Source of the DNA: an uncultured Verrucomicrobia subdivision 3 bacterium
GTDB lineage: Bacteria; Verrucomicrobiota; Verrucomicrobiia; Limisphaerales; UBA11358
DNA length: 53,725 nucleotides
Assembly: GCA_903833055.1 (NCBI GenBank)
Contig: CAILDU010000143.1
Span: 1-53,725, forward strand
Direction: 5' to 3'
Shown here in pieces: positions 8,946 to 16,778 of the stretch (positions within the stretch are counted from its first letter, which is position 1; every line of letters begins with the position of its first letter). The notes under the pieces were generated by a model that had not been told where the DNA came from, made no database searches, and saw only the letters and a list, made by a program, of their open reading frames with translations. The position numbers and the translations under genes are program-made.

Positions 8946-10631
8946 TTAGTTCGCAGCGACAGATTGCTCGTTCAAAAACACGCGGTCGCACCAGTCGCCG
9001 AAACGTTCGCTGGCGTTGCGTTCCTTTGCGAAACGCGCGAGGACGGGGCGCAATTCATTTTCGATGTCGGGATCTTTCATGACATCCTTCCAGACGCGAT
9101 TCAGGCGCGTGCCGGTCGCATCGCCGCCGAGCCAGACTTGATAACGTCCCGGCGCTTTGCCGACGAACGCGATTTCCGCCATGTAAGGCCGCGCGCAACC
9201 GTTCGGGCAGCCGGTCGAGCGAATAATAATTTCTTCGCTGCCGAGGCCGAGGTCGTCGCAAACTTTTTGAAGGCGGTCAATCAAGCCGGGCAGATAGCGT
9301 TCGGATTCCGCGAGGCCGAGGCCGCACGTCGGCAGCGAGGGACACGCCATCGAAGCCGCGTGCAAAATCGTGGTTTGATTTTCCGTCTTCACGCCATGCG
9401 CGGCGAGAATCGCGTTGATGGCCGCTTTGTCCGCATCCGAAACATTCGCGAGAATGAGATTTTGATTTGCGGTCAAACGGAATTCCACCTTTGGAAATTT
9501 ATCCGCGACCTGACGCAAACCTGTTTTCATTTTGCAAACGTCCGTGTCTTTCACGCGACCCATGCTGACGAATAGGCCGAGAAAATTGCTGCCGTCAACC
9601 GCCTTGCGCCAGTCGAGCAAGTCGGCGGTGGTCGTAAATTTGTAAGGTGCATTCGGCGCAAGCGTGATGCCGGCGCGCTTATTCACCTCGTCCTGCATGA
9701 ATTTTACGCCGCGTTCGGCTACGACATATTTCAGGCGCGCGTGCTTGCGGTCGGTGCGGTCGCCGAAATCGCGATGAATTGTCAGGACAGCTTTCGCCAC
9801 TTCGACAACTTTGTCCGGCGTGAAAAATCCGATGACGTCCGCGAGGCGCGGATATGTCTGCGTGTTGCCGTGGCTGCGACCGAGTCCGCCGCCGACGCAC
9901 AAATTGTAGCCGATAAGCTTGTCGTTCTCGACCACGGCGATGAAGCCGAGGCAGTTCGTGAACAAATCCAAATCGTTCACCGGCGGAATGACGAACGCGA
10001 TTTTGAATTTGCGCGGCAAATACGTTTTGCCGTAAAGCGGATCCACGAAATTTTTATTTTCCGCCGCGTCGTTGTCGAGCTGCACGCCATCAATCCAGAT
10101 GGAATGATACGCCTTGGTCTGCGGCGCGAGCGCGAGCGCGACTTTGTGCGCGTCGGCAAAAACCTGTTCGCGCGCGGGTGTGTAAGCGGGCGTGGGCGGC
10201 GCGAGAACATTGCGATTTACGTCGCCACAAGCCGCGAGCGTGGAGAGCAGGCACTCGTTAATTTTTTTGACGAGCGGTTGCAATCCGGCCATCACGACGC
10301 CGTGAAACTGGATGCTCTGGCGCGTGGTGATTCGCAAAGTATTATTGCCGTAATCCGTCGCGAGTTGGTCGAAGACGCCGTATTGTTTGGCCGTCATGAC
10401 GCCGCCGGGAATGCGGCCGCGAATCATCATGATATATTTTTTGCCGGTCTTGCGAAGGTCGCGGTCGTCCTGCTGATACGAGCCGTGAAATTTCAGGAAC
10501 TGGTTGTCGTCCTCGGAGAAATGGTCGTTGGCCGGATCGTTGAACGTCGCGGCAATCGTGCCGGCCAAGGTCGGGATGGCGGCCTTGATGTCTTCGTTGT
10601 GTGTCAATTTGACTGGTGCTTCAGCGCTCAT
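8946..10631 (-). CDS. cysI: assimilatory sulfite reductase hemoprotein (siroheme/4Fe-4S)
   Basis: TGCPNGCARP and CPSLPTCGLG cluster-binding motifs; 561 aa. Confidence 0.9.
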   Translation of the reverse strand: MSAEAPVKLTHNEDIKAAIPTLAGTIAATFNDPANDHFSEDDNQFLKFHGSYQQDDRDLRKTGKKYIMMIRGRIPGGVMTAKQYGVFDQLATDYGNNTLRITTRQSIQFHGVVMAGLQPLVKKINECLLSTLAACGDVNRNVLAPPTPAYTPAREQVFADAHKVALALAPQTKAYHSIWIDGVQLDNDAAENKNFVDPLYGKTYLPRKFKIAFVIPPVNDLDLFTNCLGFIAVVENDKLIGYNLCVGGGLGRSHGNTQTYPRLADVIGFFTPDKVVEVAKAVLTIHRDFGDRTDRKHARLKYVVAERGVKFMQDEVNKRAGITLAPNAPYKFTTTADLLDWRKAVDGSNFLGLFVSMGRVKDTDVCKMKTGLRQVADKFPKVEFRLTANQNLILANVSDADKAAINAILAAHGVKTENQTTILHAASMACPSLPTCGLGLAESERYLPGLIDRLQKVCDDLGLGSEEIIIRSTGCPNGCARPYMAEIAFVGKAPGRYQVWLGGDATGTRLNRVWKDVMKDPDIENELRPVLARFAKERNASERFGDWCDRVFLNEQSVAAN

Positions 10632-10710
10632 AGCGAGTTGTCAGGATAACTTGCCGCGTCGTATTGTTCAAGCGCAGCTTAAAGAGGATTTTGTCCGCTG
10701 AAAGATGGTC

Positions 10711-11574
10711 TTACGTCGCCGGCACAAATTTCTGTGACCATTTCGTCAAACCAAATAGCGCCAGCAAAATTAAACTCATCCAGCGCGAACAATCCGGCGC
10801 GATGGCGATCCAATCTACGAAGACAATTCCCGCCAGCAGATTCGCGACGATGAGGCCGACGTTACCGACGCCGCCCAGAAAAATTGTCCGCACGCTGCGG
10901 CCAACCCACAAAATTAAGACGACGGAAATCCAAATCGCGCGCCAGCGGAAACTGCCGGTGTTCATCGCCAGCGCCAGAATGATTGGCGCGGCCAGCAGCA
11001 GTAGCGGCCAGAACGGAATCGGCCCGCGATAACTTTCGCGCCGCGCGACGTAGCTCAAGCCGACGACGTAAAACGCCAATGCCAGTCCGCCGAAAATCGC
11101 CCAGCCGTTCAAGCCCCACGCGCCCGTCGCGCCCGCGATGACATAGACCCAGAAACGGCACGCGCCCATCAGCCACGGCGCGGCGTTGAAAAATTTGTGG
11201 CAGAAATTGTAGAGCAAGATGAACAGCGCGAGAAAAAATGCCGCGCCCGCCGCGACTTGGCCGCAGAAGAGCAGCAGGAAAATTCCCGCAACCAGTTGGC
11301 CGAAGCCGAAGCGCCAGACGAGTTGCGCCGAAATTTTTCCCGACGGAATCGGACGTTCCGGGCGGCGCTGGCGGTCGAAATCCGCGTCGAAGGCGTCGTT
11401 CAAAAACATTCCGCCGGTGTAGAGCAGACTGACGCCGAGAAATAAAAACGGCAGCTTCCAGAAATTGCCGCCGCCGCCGAGCCACCAGCCGGCGAGGCAG
11501 TTCGACCAGACGGTGGGCAAATTCGACACGCGTCCGAGGACGAGCAGCGTGCGGAGTTGCGGGGCGGAATTCAT
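10711..11574 (-). CDS. UbiA-family aromatic prenyltransferase (EboC-like)
   Basis: NDAFDADFDR and a second Asp-rich motif; about 8-9 TM helices. Confidence 0.75.
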   Translation of the reverse strand: MNSAPQLRTLLVLGRVSNLPTVWSNCLAGWWLGGGGNFWKLPFLFLGVSLLYTGGMFLNDAFDADFDRQRRPERPIPSGKISAQLVWRFGFGQLVAGIFLLLFCGQVAAGAAFFLALFILLYNFCHKFFNAAPWLMGACRFWVYVIAGATGAWGLNGWAIFGGLALAFYVVGLSYVARRESYRGPIPFWPLLLLAAPIILALAMNTGSFRWRAIWISVVLILWVGRSVRTIFLGGVGNVGLIVANLLAGIVFVDWIAIAPDCSRWMSLILLALFGLTKWSQKFVPAT

Positions 11575-11682
11575 GATGCGCGCGAAGGAAACCAGAAATG
11601 GCCGCGCGTGAAAAGAAAGTTTGCGGGCGGACGGAGGTGAACGACTAAAGTTTGCAGCCTAGCAAGCTGTGAGATTTCTGTC

Positions 11683-12165
11683 TCATGGCTTGCTAATCAG
11701 TTCCAAAATGTTTGTGTCAATCATGGGAACATCACTCGGCGAATTATCTTTGTGAACCTGTATTGAAACCAAGTTCAATAGGCATTTCTTGCCCGACAAT
11801 TTGCCATCTAAAATTTCTGCGGTAATCCAAATGCGTGGGCCTGCCTCAAAATCATAGGTGTAGTTTACCCTGTTGATTTTCAAAGTTGTGCCTTGTGGCA
11901 AGAGGTCAACATCCCACGCTGATGGGTTCTTTTGGAATTGTTCCAATGTTTCGGGAACTGCACCGAGATCAGCTTCTCCAATTTTAACAAGAAAGTTGCT
12001 GTCATCTATATTTTTACTAATCAATGAGAAAAAGACCGGTTGCTTAAGGACGTAATTTTGTGAGACGGCATAATCTGTATAGTAGTGATTCTTCGGAGAT
12101 GGTCTGTTGGTATTGCAGCCACAAGCCAGCAGGCTGCAACAAATCAGCGCAAAGAGAAATTTTTT
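11683..12165 (-). CDS. hypothetical lipoprotein (AT-rich gene)
   Basis: MKKFLFALICCSLLACGC signal peptide plus lipobox. Composition is visibly AT-rich against GC-rich flanks. I prefer the start at 12165 over the track start at 12210. Confidence 0.6.
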   Translation of the reverse strand, partial: KKFLFALICCSLLACGCNTNRPSPKNHYYTDYAVSQNYVLKQPVFFSLISKNIDDSNFLVKIGEADLGAVPETLEQFQKNPSAWDVDLLPQGTTLKINRVNYTYDFEAGPRIWITAEILDGKLSGKKCLLNLVSIQVHKDNSPSDVPMIDTNILELISKP

Positions 12166-12223
12166 CATAAGTGGCCTGTCTAGTTTTAATTCCCGAACAG
12201 TATTTCGCATTTAAGTTTTGGTT

Positions 12224-13447
12224 TCAAGCCAGCCCGCGCGCGGTTAATTGCGCCAGCGTCCAGTCGTATTCCGCCGCGAGTTGGTCCACGACGTTTTGCG
12301 TTTTCAATTCCGGCGGCAGCACTTCCCAAGTGTAGGTTTCCATTTCGAGGTGCGCGCAAATCTCCGGGCTGGCTTGCAGCAAATCCAAAATGCCGAGCAA
12401 ATGGTCGTTCGTGTTTTCAAACGGCGGCGCGGCGGGCGCGTGCAGCGGAACGTGGAAGTGAATCCGCCATTCGGGCAATTGCGAATTGCGAATTGCGAAT
12501 TGCGAATTTTCAGCAGCCAGCGCGTCGGGTAAATCGCGGAAGATTTTTCGTGCGCCGGTTTCGTCGCGTTCCACGACCTGATGCAGATAAACGTCGTCGG
12601 CAAATTTTTTCAATTCCTCGCGCGCTTCGGGCGTGGGCGAAACTTTGAGCGCGGAACTCAAATGGATTTTGCTGATCTTAATGCCGTGATTGACGAGGCA
12701 GGGCAGGGCGTTGTGCGGTTCCTCAAATTCCACGGCGAAATGGCAGGTGTCGTAATTGACGCCGAGATGCGCGTCGAGGCGCGGGTCGTGCGGATGCTCG
12801 GCGCGCAGGCGGTCAAAAAAATGAATCGTCTCGGCGCTGCTTTCGAGGAGGCAGAGCGGTTCGGGTTCGAGGCCGAGGTGCAAATTTTTGCCGGTCTGCT
12901 TGCTGACGTGCGCGATGTGCTCGACGGTGCGCCAGAGATTTTGGCGGATGGTTTTTAGCGCGTCGGCGGTCGGATGAAATTCCTTGAACGTGCCGGGCAA
13001 CGTGCTGACGCTCCCGGCAATTCCAGCGGGAACAAGTTGCGCGAGCAAATCGAAAAGCAGATTCGTGTAGGCGATACGTTCGGGCGAAGTCCAGTCGGGC
13101 GAATAAACTTTTTCCTTCACGCGCGCGCCGTGAAAATTGCCGTAGGGAAATCCGTTCATCGTGAAGACGTAGCAATTATTTTTTTCGAGCCAGCGCTGGA
13201 ATTGCAACCGCGCGTCGCCTTCGCTCAAATCCACGGCGGCGCGTTCGCTCAAGCGTAAACCGATGGCGAAAGGTTTTTGCGGGCAAACTTTCTCGCGCAC
13301 GGCGAGCGCGTAATTTTTCAGAGACCCAAACGTTTCCGGCCACGTCTCGCCGCGATGGACGTTGGTGCAGTAAGCGAGGTGCAAGCCGTGGTTGAGTTTC
13401 ATTTCTGGAAAAAAGATGCGCGGAAACCTTGATTTTGCAAGGTGCAA
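12224..13447 (-). CDS. xylose-isomerase-like TIM-barrel protein (EboE-like)
   Basis: The LAYCTNVHRGETW N-terminus and length resemble EboE-type sugar-phosphate isomerase/epimerase proteins. An alternative start is at 13402 (MKLNHG). Confidence 0.6.
   Translation of the reverse strand: MHLAKSRFPRIFFPEMKLNHGLHLAYCTNVHRGETWPETFGSLKNYALAVREKVCPQKPFAIGLRLSERAAVDLSEGDARLQFQRWLEKNNCYVFTMNGFPYGNFHGARVKEKVYSPDWTSPERIAYTNLLFDLLAQLVPAGIAGSVSTLPGTFKEFHPTADALKTIRQNLWRTVEHIAHVSKQTGKNLHLGLEPEPLCLLESSAETIHFFDRLRAEHPHDPRLDAHLGVNYDTCHFAVEFEEPHNALPCLVNHGIKISKIHLSSALKVSPTPEAREELKKFADDVYLHQVVERDETGARKIFRDLPDALAAENSQFAIRNSQLPEWRIHFHVPLHAPAAPPFENTNDHLLGILDLLQASPEICAHLEMETYTWEVLPPELKTQNVVDQLAAEYDWTLAQLTARGLA
12474..12508. 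repeat. heptamer tandem array, GCAATT + (GCGAATT)x4, inside the EboE-like CDS
   Basis: Read directly. It is translated as SQFAIRNSQ in the host ORF. Confidence 0.85.
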
Positions 13448-13500
13448 ACGGCGTTGACACTTTTGCTTGCGAGGTTTAGTCTTCAGAAAACAGCAAGACC

Positions 13501-14268
13501 ATGTTACTGCGCATCAGTTTAATTATCGCCATTCTGGCCGGCCTCGGGGCTGGCGTGGTTTCTTATCTCGAAGTGTCCGACAAGATTCCCGCGCTCGCCA
13601 AACAGCGCGACGACGAACATTCCGCCAAAGTCACCGCGCTCGGCGACCTTTCCAAAACCAAGACAGAACTCGCCAAGACCAAAAATGATTTGTCGCAGAC
13701 GAAGCAGGAATTGGCCGACACGCAATCTGAACGCGACAAGGCCGTTGTTCGTGCAGACGCGCAGGGCAAACGTGCTGACGAACTTACCGACAAGTTGAGC
13801 AAGGTCACGACGGAACGCGACGACGCGCAAAATTCTCTAGCCTCTTACAAAGCGACCGATCTGACGCCGGAACAAGTTTTCAAGTTGAGCAAAGATTTGA
13901 AGAGCGCGCGCGCCGAAGTGGAAGTTGTTAATGGCGAGAAAGTAGTTCTGTTCCACACCATCAGCCGCCTGACCAACGAACTCGCAAAATACGTCGGGCC
14001 GGAAGAATTTGTTAAATTGCGCGCCGACTTGCATGGCAAAATTCTCGTCGTGGATCCCAAATGGGATTTCGTCGTGATTAATGTCGGCGAAGATCAAGGC
14101 GTGATTTCCCAAGGCGAAATGCTCGTCAGCCGTCAGGGCAAGCTGGTCGCCAAAGTCGTCGTCCGCAGCGTCCAAAAAGACCGGTGCATCGCCAACCTCG
14201 TCCCCGGTTGGAAGATTGGCGAGATGACCGAAGGCGACGATGTTTCTCCCGCGCATCCTTCCACCTAA
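13501..14268 (+). CDS. hypothetical membrane-anchored coiled-coil protein
   Basis: N-terminal TM helix, a long charged heptad-like region (KTKTELAKTKNDLSQTKQELADTQSE) and a beta-rich C-terminal domain. Confidence 0.6.
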   Translation: MLLRISLIIAILAGLGAGVVSYLEVSDKIPALAKQRDDEHSAKVTALGDLSKTKTELAKTKNDLSQTKQELADTQSERDKAVVRADAQGKRADELTDKLSKVTTERDDAQNSLASYKATDLTPEQVFKLSKDLKSARAEVEVVNGEKVVLFHTISRLTNELAKYVGPEEFVKLRADLHGKILVVDPKWDFVVINVGEDQGVISQGEMLVSRQGKLVAKVVVRSVQKDRCIANLVPGWKIGEMTEGDDVSPAHPST

Positions 14269-14436
14269 ATGAAGTTCCGCGCCGTCAACTGCCTGTTGTT
14301 TCTACTGCTCGCGGCGGTCGTTCTGGTAATCTCCGGTTGCGCTTCTGACGATCCCGAAAACGCTTCCGTTCGTCCGTGGAATTCGCCTGCCGGTTGGGAA
14401 AACGGCCTCGGCGGCATGGACACACAGCACCGTTAA
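14269..14436 (+). CDS. small lipoprotein (55 aa), below the ORF-track length cutoff
   Basis: MKFRAVNCLLFLLLAAVVLVISGC signal peptide plus lipobox. The ATG immediately follows the upstream TAA. The stop overlaps the convergent MTHFS stop. Confidence 0.5.
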   Translation: MKFRAVNCLLFLLLAAVVLVISGCASDDPENASVRPWNSPAGWENGLGGMDTQHR

Positions 14437-15014
14437 TCTTTCTTCCGGCGCACACAGCGCATCGGCGTCAGCATAAAATCCACCTTCGCATCGTGCGGCT
14501 CCGATGGGATTTTTTCCAGCAATTGAAAATCGTGGCAGACGCCGCATTTTATCCCGCTCGCATTTTCCAGCAACCGGTCGTAAAAACCCTGGCCGCGACC
14601 AAGCCGGTTGCCGCTAAAATCAAACGCCATTCCCGGCACGAGGATTAAATTAAACTGGTTCAACGGAATTTCCGCGCAACTCGCCGCCGGTTCGCGCACG
14701 CCAAATTTTCCGGCGACGATGTCCGTCGCCAGCGTTTGAATTGTTTTTGCGCCGTAAGTTTTTTTCTCCGCGTCAAAAAAGGGCAGGGCGCAGTTCACAC
14801 CCAGCGCCAGCGACATTTCCAGCACCGGCCAGACATCCAGTTCATCCGGCAGCGGCGCGAAAAATAAAATCGTGTGCGCGCTCGGAATCTGTGCCTGCAA
14901 CCGCTCGCACAGCCCGATGGATTCCACCGCCCGCACCGCGTCGGAAATTTTTTCCAGCCGCGCGCGGATGTGCGCGCGCAGGTCGGATTTGGAATTGGCG
15001 ATGGAAGAATCCAT
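14433..15014 (-). CDS. ygfA: 5-formyltetrahydrofolate cyclo-ligase
   Basis: LILVPGMAFDFSGNRLGRGQGFYDR motif. I prefer the start at MDSS (15014), because the track start at 15116 overlaps hicA. Confidence 0.85.
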   Translation of the reverse strand: MDSSIANSKSDLRAHIRARLEKISDAVRAVESIGLCERLQAQIPSAHTILFFAPLPDELDVWPVLEMSLALGVNCALPFFDAEKKTYGAKTIQTLATDIVAGKFGVREPAASCAEIPLNQFNLILVPGMAFDFSGNRLGRGQGFYDRLLENASGIKCGVCHDFQLLEKIPSEPHDAKVDFMLTPMRCVRRKKD

Positions 15015-15018
15015 GCCG

Positions 15019-15234
15019 TCACAAATTATCCACGAATTCTTCCGGTGAGATGCCCGCCTGACGCAACACGCCGCGCAACGTGCCTTGATCCACTTCACGG
15101 TGCATCGGCACAACACAGACGCTGCCGCCGCGCCGCAGCACGAGATGGCTGCCTTTTTGCCGCTGGCGGACGAAGCCCAGACGCTCCAGTGCTTTCGCTA
15201 CCTTTGCGCCGGAAACGCAGGGGAGTTTAGGCAT
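15019..15234 (-). CDS. hicA: HicA-family mRNA interferase toxin
   Basis: 71 aa; KVAKALERLGFVRQRQKGSHLVLRR is a typical HicA/YcfA pattern. Confidence 0.8.
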   Translation of the reverse strand: MPKLPCVSGAKVAKALERLGFVRQRQKGSHLVLRRGGSVCVVPMHREVDQGTLRGVLRQAGISPEEFVDNL

Positions 15235-15436
15235 GTTCCAACTCGAAGGTGGTCAGGATGGCGCCGCTGCGGTCGGGCAGGTCCTGCTCCTCCAGAAACA
15301 GCGACGTGGCTTCCTTGAGATTTTTCAACGCCTCCTCGACCGTCTTGCCCTGCGTGGTCGTGCCGGTTTCGGGATTGTAGGCCACCAGCCAGCGTTTGGT
15401 TTCACCGGGATAGATAATCGCCGTGAGCGTCTTCAT
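15227..15436 (-). CDS. hicB: HicB-family antitoxin (UPF0150-type)
   Basis: 69 aa with the GKTVEEALKNLKEA motif. Overlaps hicA by 8 nt. Confidence 0.75.
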   Translation of the reverse strand: MKTLTAIIYPGETKRWLVAYNPETGTTTQGKTVEEALKNLKEATSLFLEEQDLPDRSGAILTTFELEHA

Positions 15437-15611
15437 GCGGCCAAGCTAAACGATGCCGACACCGTTGGCAAATGGGGAAAAACATTCTTGACCGTTGATT
15501 CTCGCGGATTGACGCGGATAATTTTCCGGCGCACACTCGCCGCTGTCCGAAAATAAAATACAAACAACGATTATTATTTAATTAACAATTTTGCGTAGCT
15601 ACGGCTACGGG

Positions 15612-15726
15612 CTGCACCGAAAACCTGGAAATTTTCAAGCCCGCACACAGCAACCGACCGAGCGCGCCCAAATGGGCGCGGCTTGGCGTGCTTGCTGTGT
15701 AGGCGCTTCCAGGTGCCTCGGTGCAG
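15612..15726 (+). ncRNA. GC-rich rod-like hairpin (about 115 nt), candidate structured RNA or leader upstream of the methyltransferase
   Basis: Nested complementary segments: CTGCACCGA/TCGGTGCAG (15612-20 with 15718-26), CCTGGAA/TTCCAGG (15624-30 with 15707-13), ACACAGCAA/TTGCTGTGT (15645-53 with 15692-700), and CGCGCCC-AAAT-GGGCGCG (15663-80). An AT-rich stretch precedes it and a T-run follows at 15748-56. Strand is assumed from the downstream genes. Confidence 0.45.
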
Positions 15727-15791
15727 GGTGCGTTAAGTCCGCGCCTCTTCTTTTTTAGAATTCCCGTTTCCGCCCGCTCGCAGCGGAAACC

Positions 15792-16778
15792 ATGGCAACT
15801 AAAAGTTCAAATTCATTTTTGCAAAAGGCAAAGTCCGCAAAAAAGGATGAGTTTTACACGCAACTTTCTGACATTGAGAAGGAACTAAAAAATTACAAAG
15901 CGCATTTGAAAGGCAAAGTCGTCTTGTGCAATTGCGACGACCCGCGCGTCAGCAATTTTTTCCACTATTTCTCTTACAAATTTAAGCAGTTAGGGTTGAA
16001 GAAGCTCATCGCAACCTGCTACAAAAATCAGTGTGCTGACCTCTTCAGTCAAAACGATTCAGAAAAGGCGATCTACTTGGAATATAATGGTGACAAAAAT
16101 GGAAACAACATTCCCGACTCCGAAGAAATCGGCATTAAGCAATTAAAAGGCGATGGCGATTTTCGCAGTGCTGAATGTGTTGAGCTATTGAAGAGGGCAG
16201 ACCTCGTCGTGACCAATCCACCGTTCTCCCTATTCCGGGAATATGTTGCCCAACTCGTCGAACATGATAAGAAATTCATTATCATCGGCCACCAGAATGC
16301 GATTACCTACAAAGAGATCTTCAAGCTGATTAAGGAAAATAAACTATGGTTGGGATATGGCTTCAACCGTAATTGCGCGCACTTCATAAACCGGCATTAC
16401 GTTGATTATGCATCAGACGCCGACCACAGGGAAGGAATGATAAGAGTTTCAGGCGTTCAATGGTTCACAAATATGGACACCACGAAACGCCACGAAGAAT
16501 TAATTTTATACAAAAAATATCATCCTAACGAATATCCAAAATACGACAATTACGATGCAATCGAAGTTAGCAAGACGACGAATATTCCGATGGATTATGC
16601 CGGCCCTATGGGCGTTCCCATTACGTTCCTTAACAAATATAATCCCGACCAATTTGACATCTTGGGAAATCTTGGTTCGTATGCGCCTGATGGCTATTCC
16701 TTGATTGGGGCAATTTTCATCAACAAAAAGAAGATTTATAAACGCATCCTTATAAAAAATAAAAAACCTTTGGTATGA
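15792..16778 (+). CDS. adenine-specific DNA methyltransferase, EcoRI-methylase-like family
   Basis: DEFYTQ N-terminal motif, VTNPPF catalytic motif (NPPF), 328 aa, AT-rich codon usage. Confidence 0.75.
   Translation: MATKSSNSFLQKAKSAKKDEFYTQLSDIEKELKNYKAHLKGKVVLCNCDDPRVSNFFHYFSYKFKQLGLKKLIATCYKNQCADLFSQNDSEKAIYLEYNGDKNGNNIPDSEEIGIKQLKGDGDFRSAECVELLKRADLVVTNPPFSLFREYVAQLVEHDKKFIIIGHQNAITYKEIFKLIKENKLWLGYGFNRNCAHFINRHYVDYASDADHREGMIRVSGVQWFTNMDTTKRHEELILYKKYHPNEYPKYDNYDAIEVSKTTNIPMDYAGPMGVPITFLNKYNPDQFDILGNLGSYAPDGYSLIGAIFINKKKIYKRILIKNKKPLV

Noticed and set aside
11660-11695. Hairpin TAGCAAGC-N20-GCTTGCTA at the 3' end of the AT-rich lipoprotein gene, considered as a terminator or cassette end
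   Set aside because: It has a 20-nt loop and no T-run, it overlaps the stop codon, and its similarity to the CAC(G/A)GAT arms is too weak to call.
15612-15726. Retron msr/msd-like ncRNA, suggested by the long structured hairpin upstream of effector-like genes
   Set aside because: There is no reverse transcriptase ORF anywhere in or near the island. I also could not identify the conserved retron features (the a1/a2 repeats with a branching G context).
15672-15758. 28-aa Cys-rich mini-ORF (MGAAWRACCVGASRCLGAGCVKSAPLLF) inside the hairpin
   Set aside because: It has no Shine-Dalgarno sequence and lies entirely within the paired arms of the hairpin. The Cys/Gly/Ala richness is what GC-rich stem sequence yields when translated.
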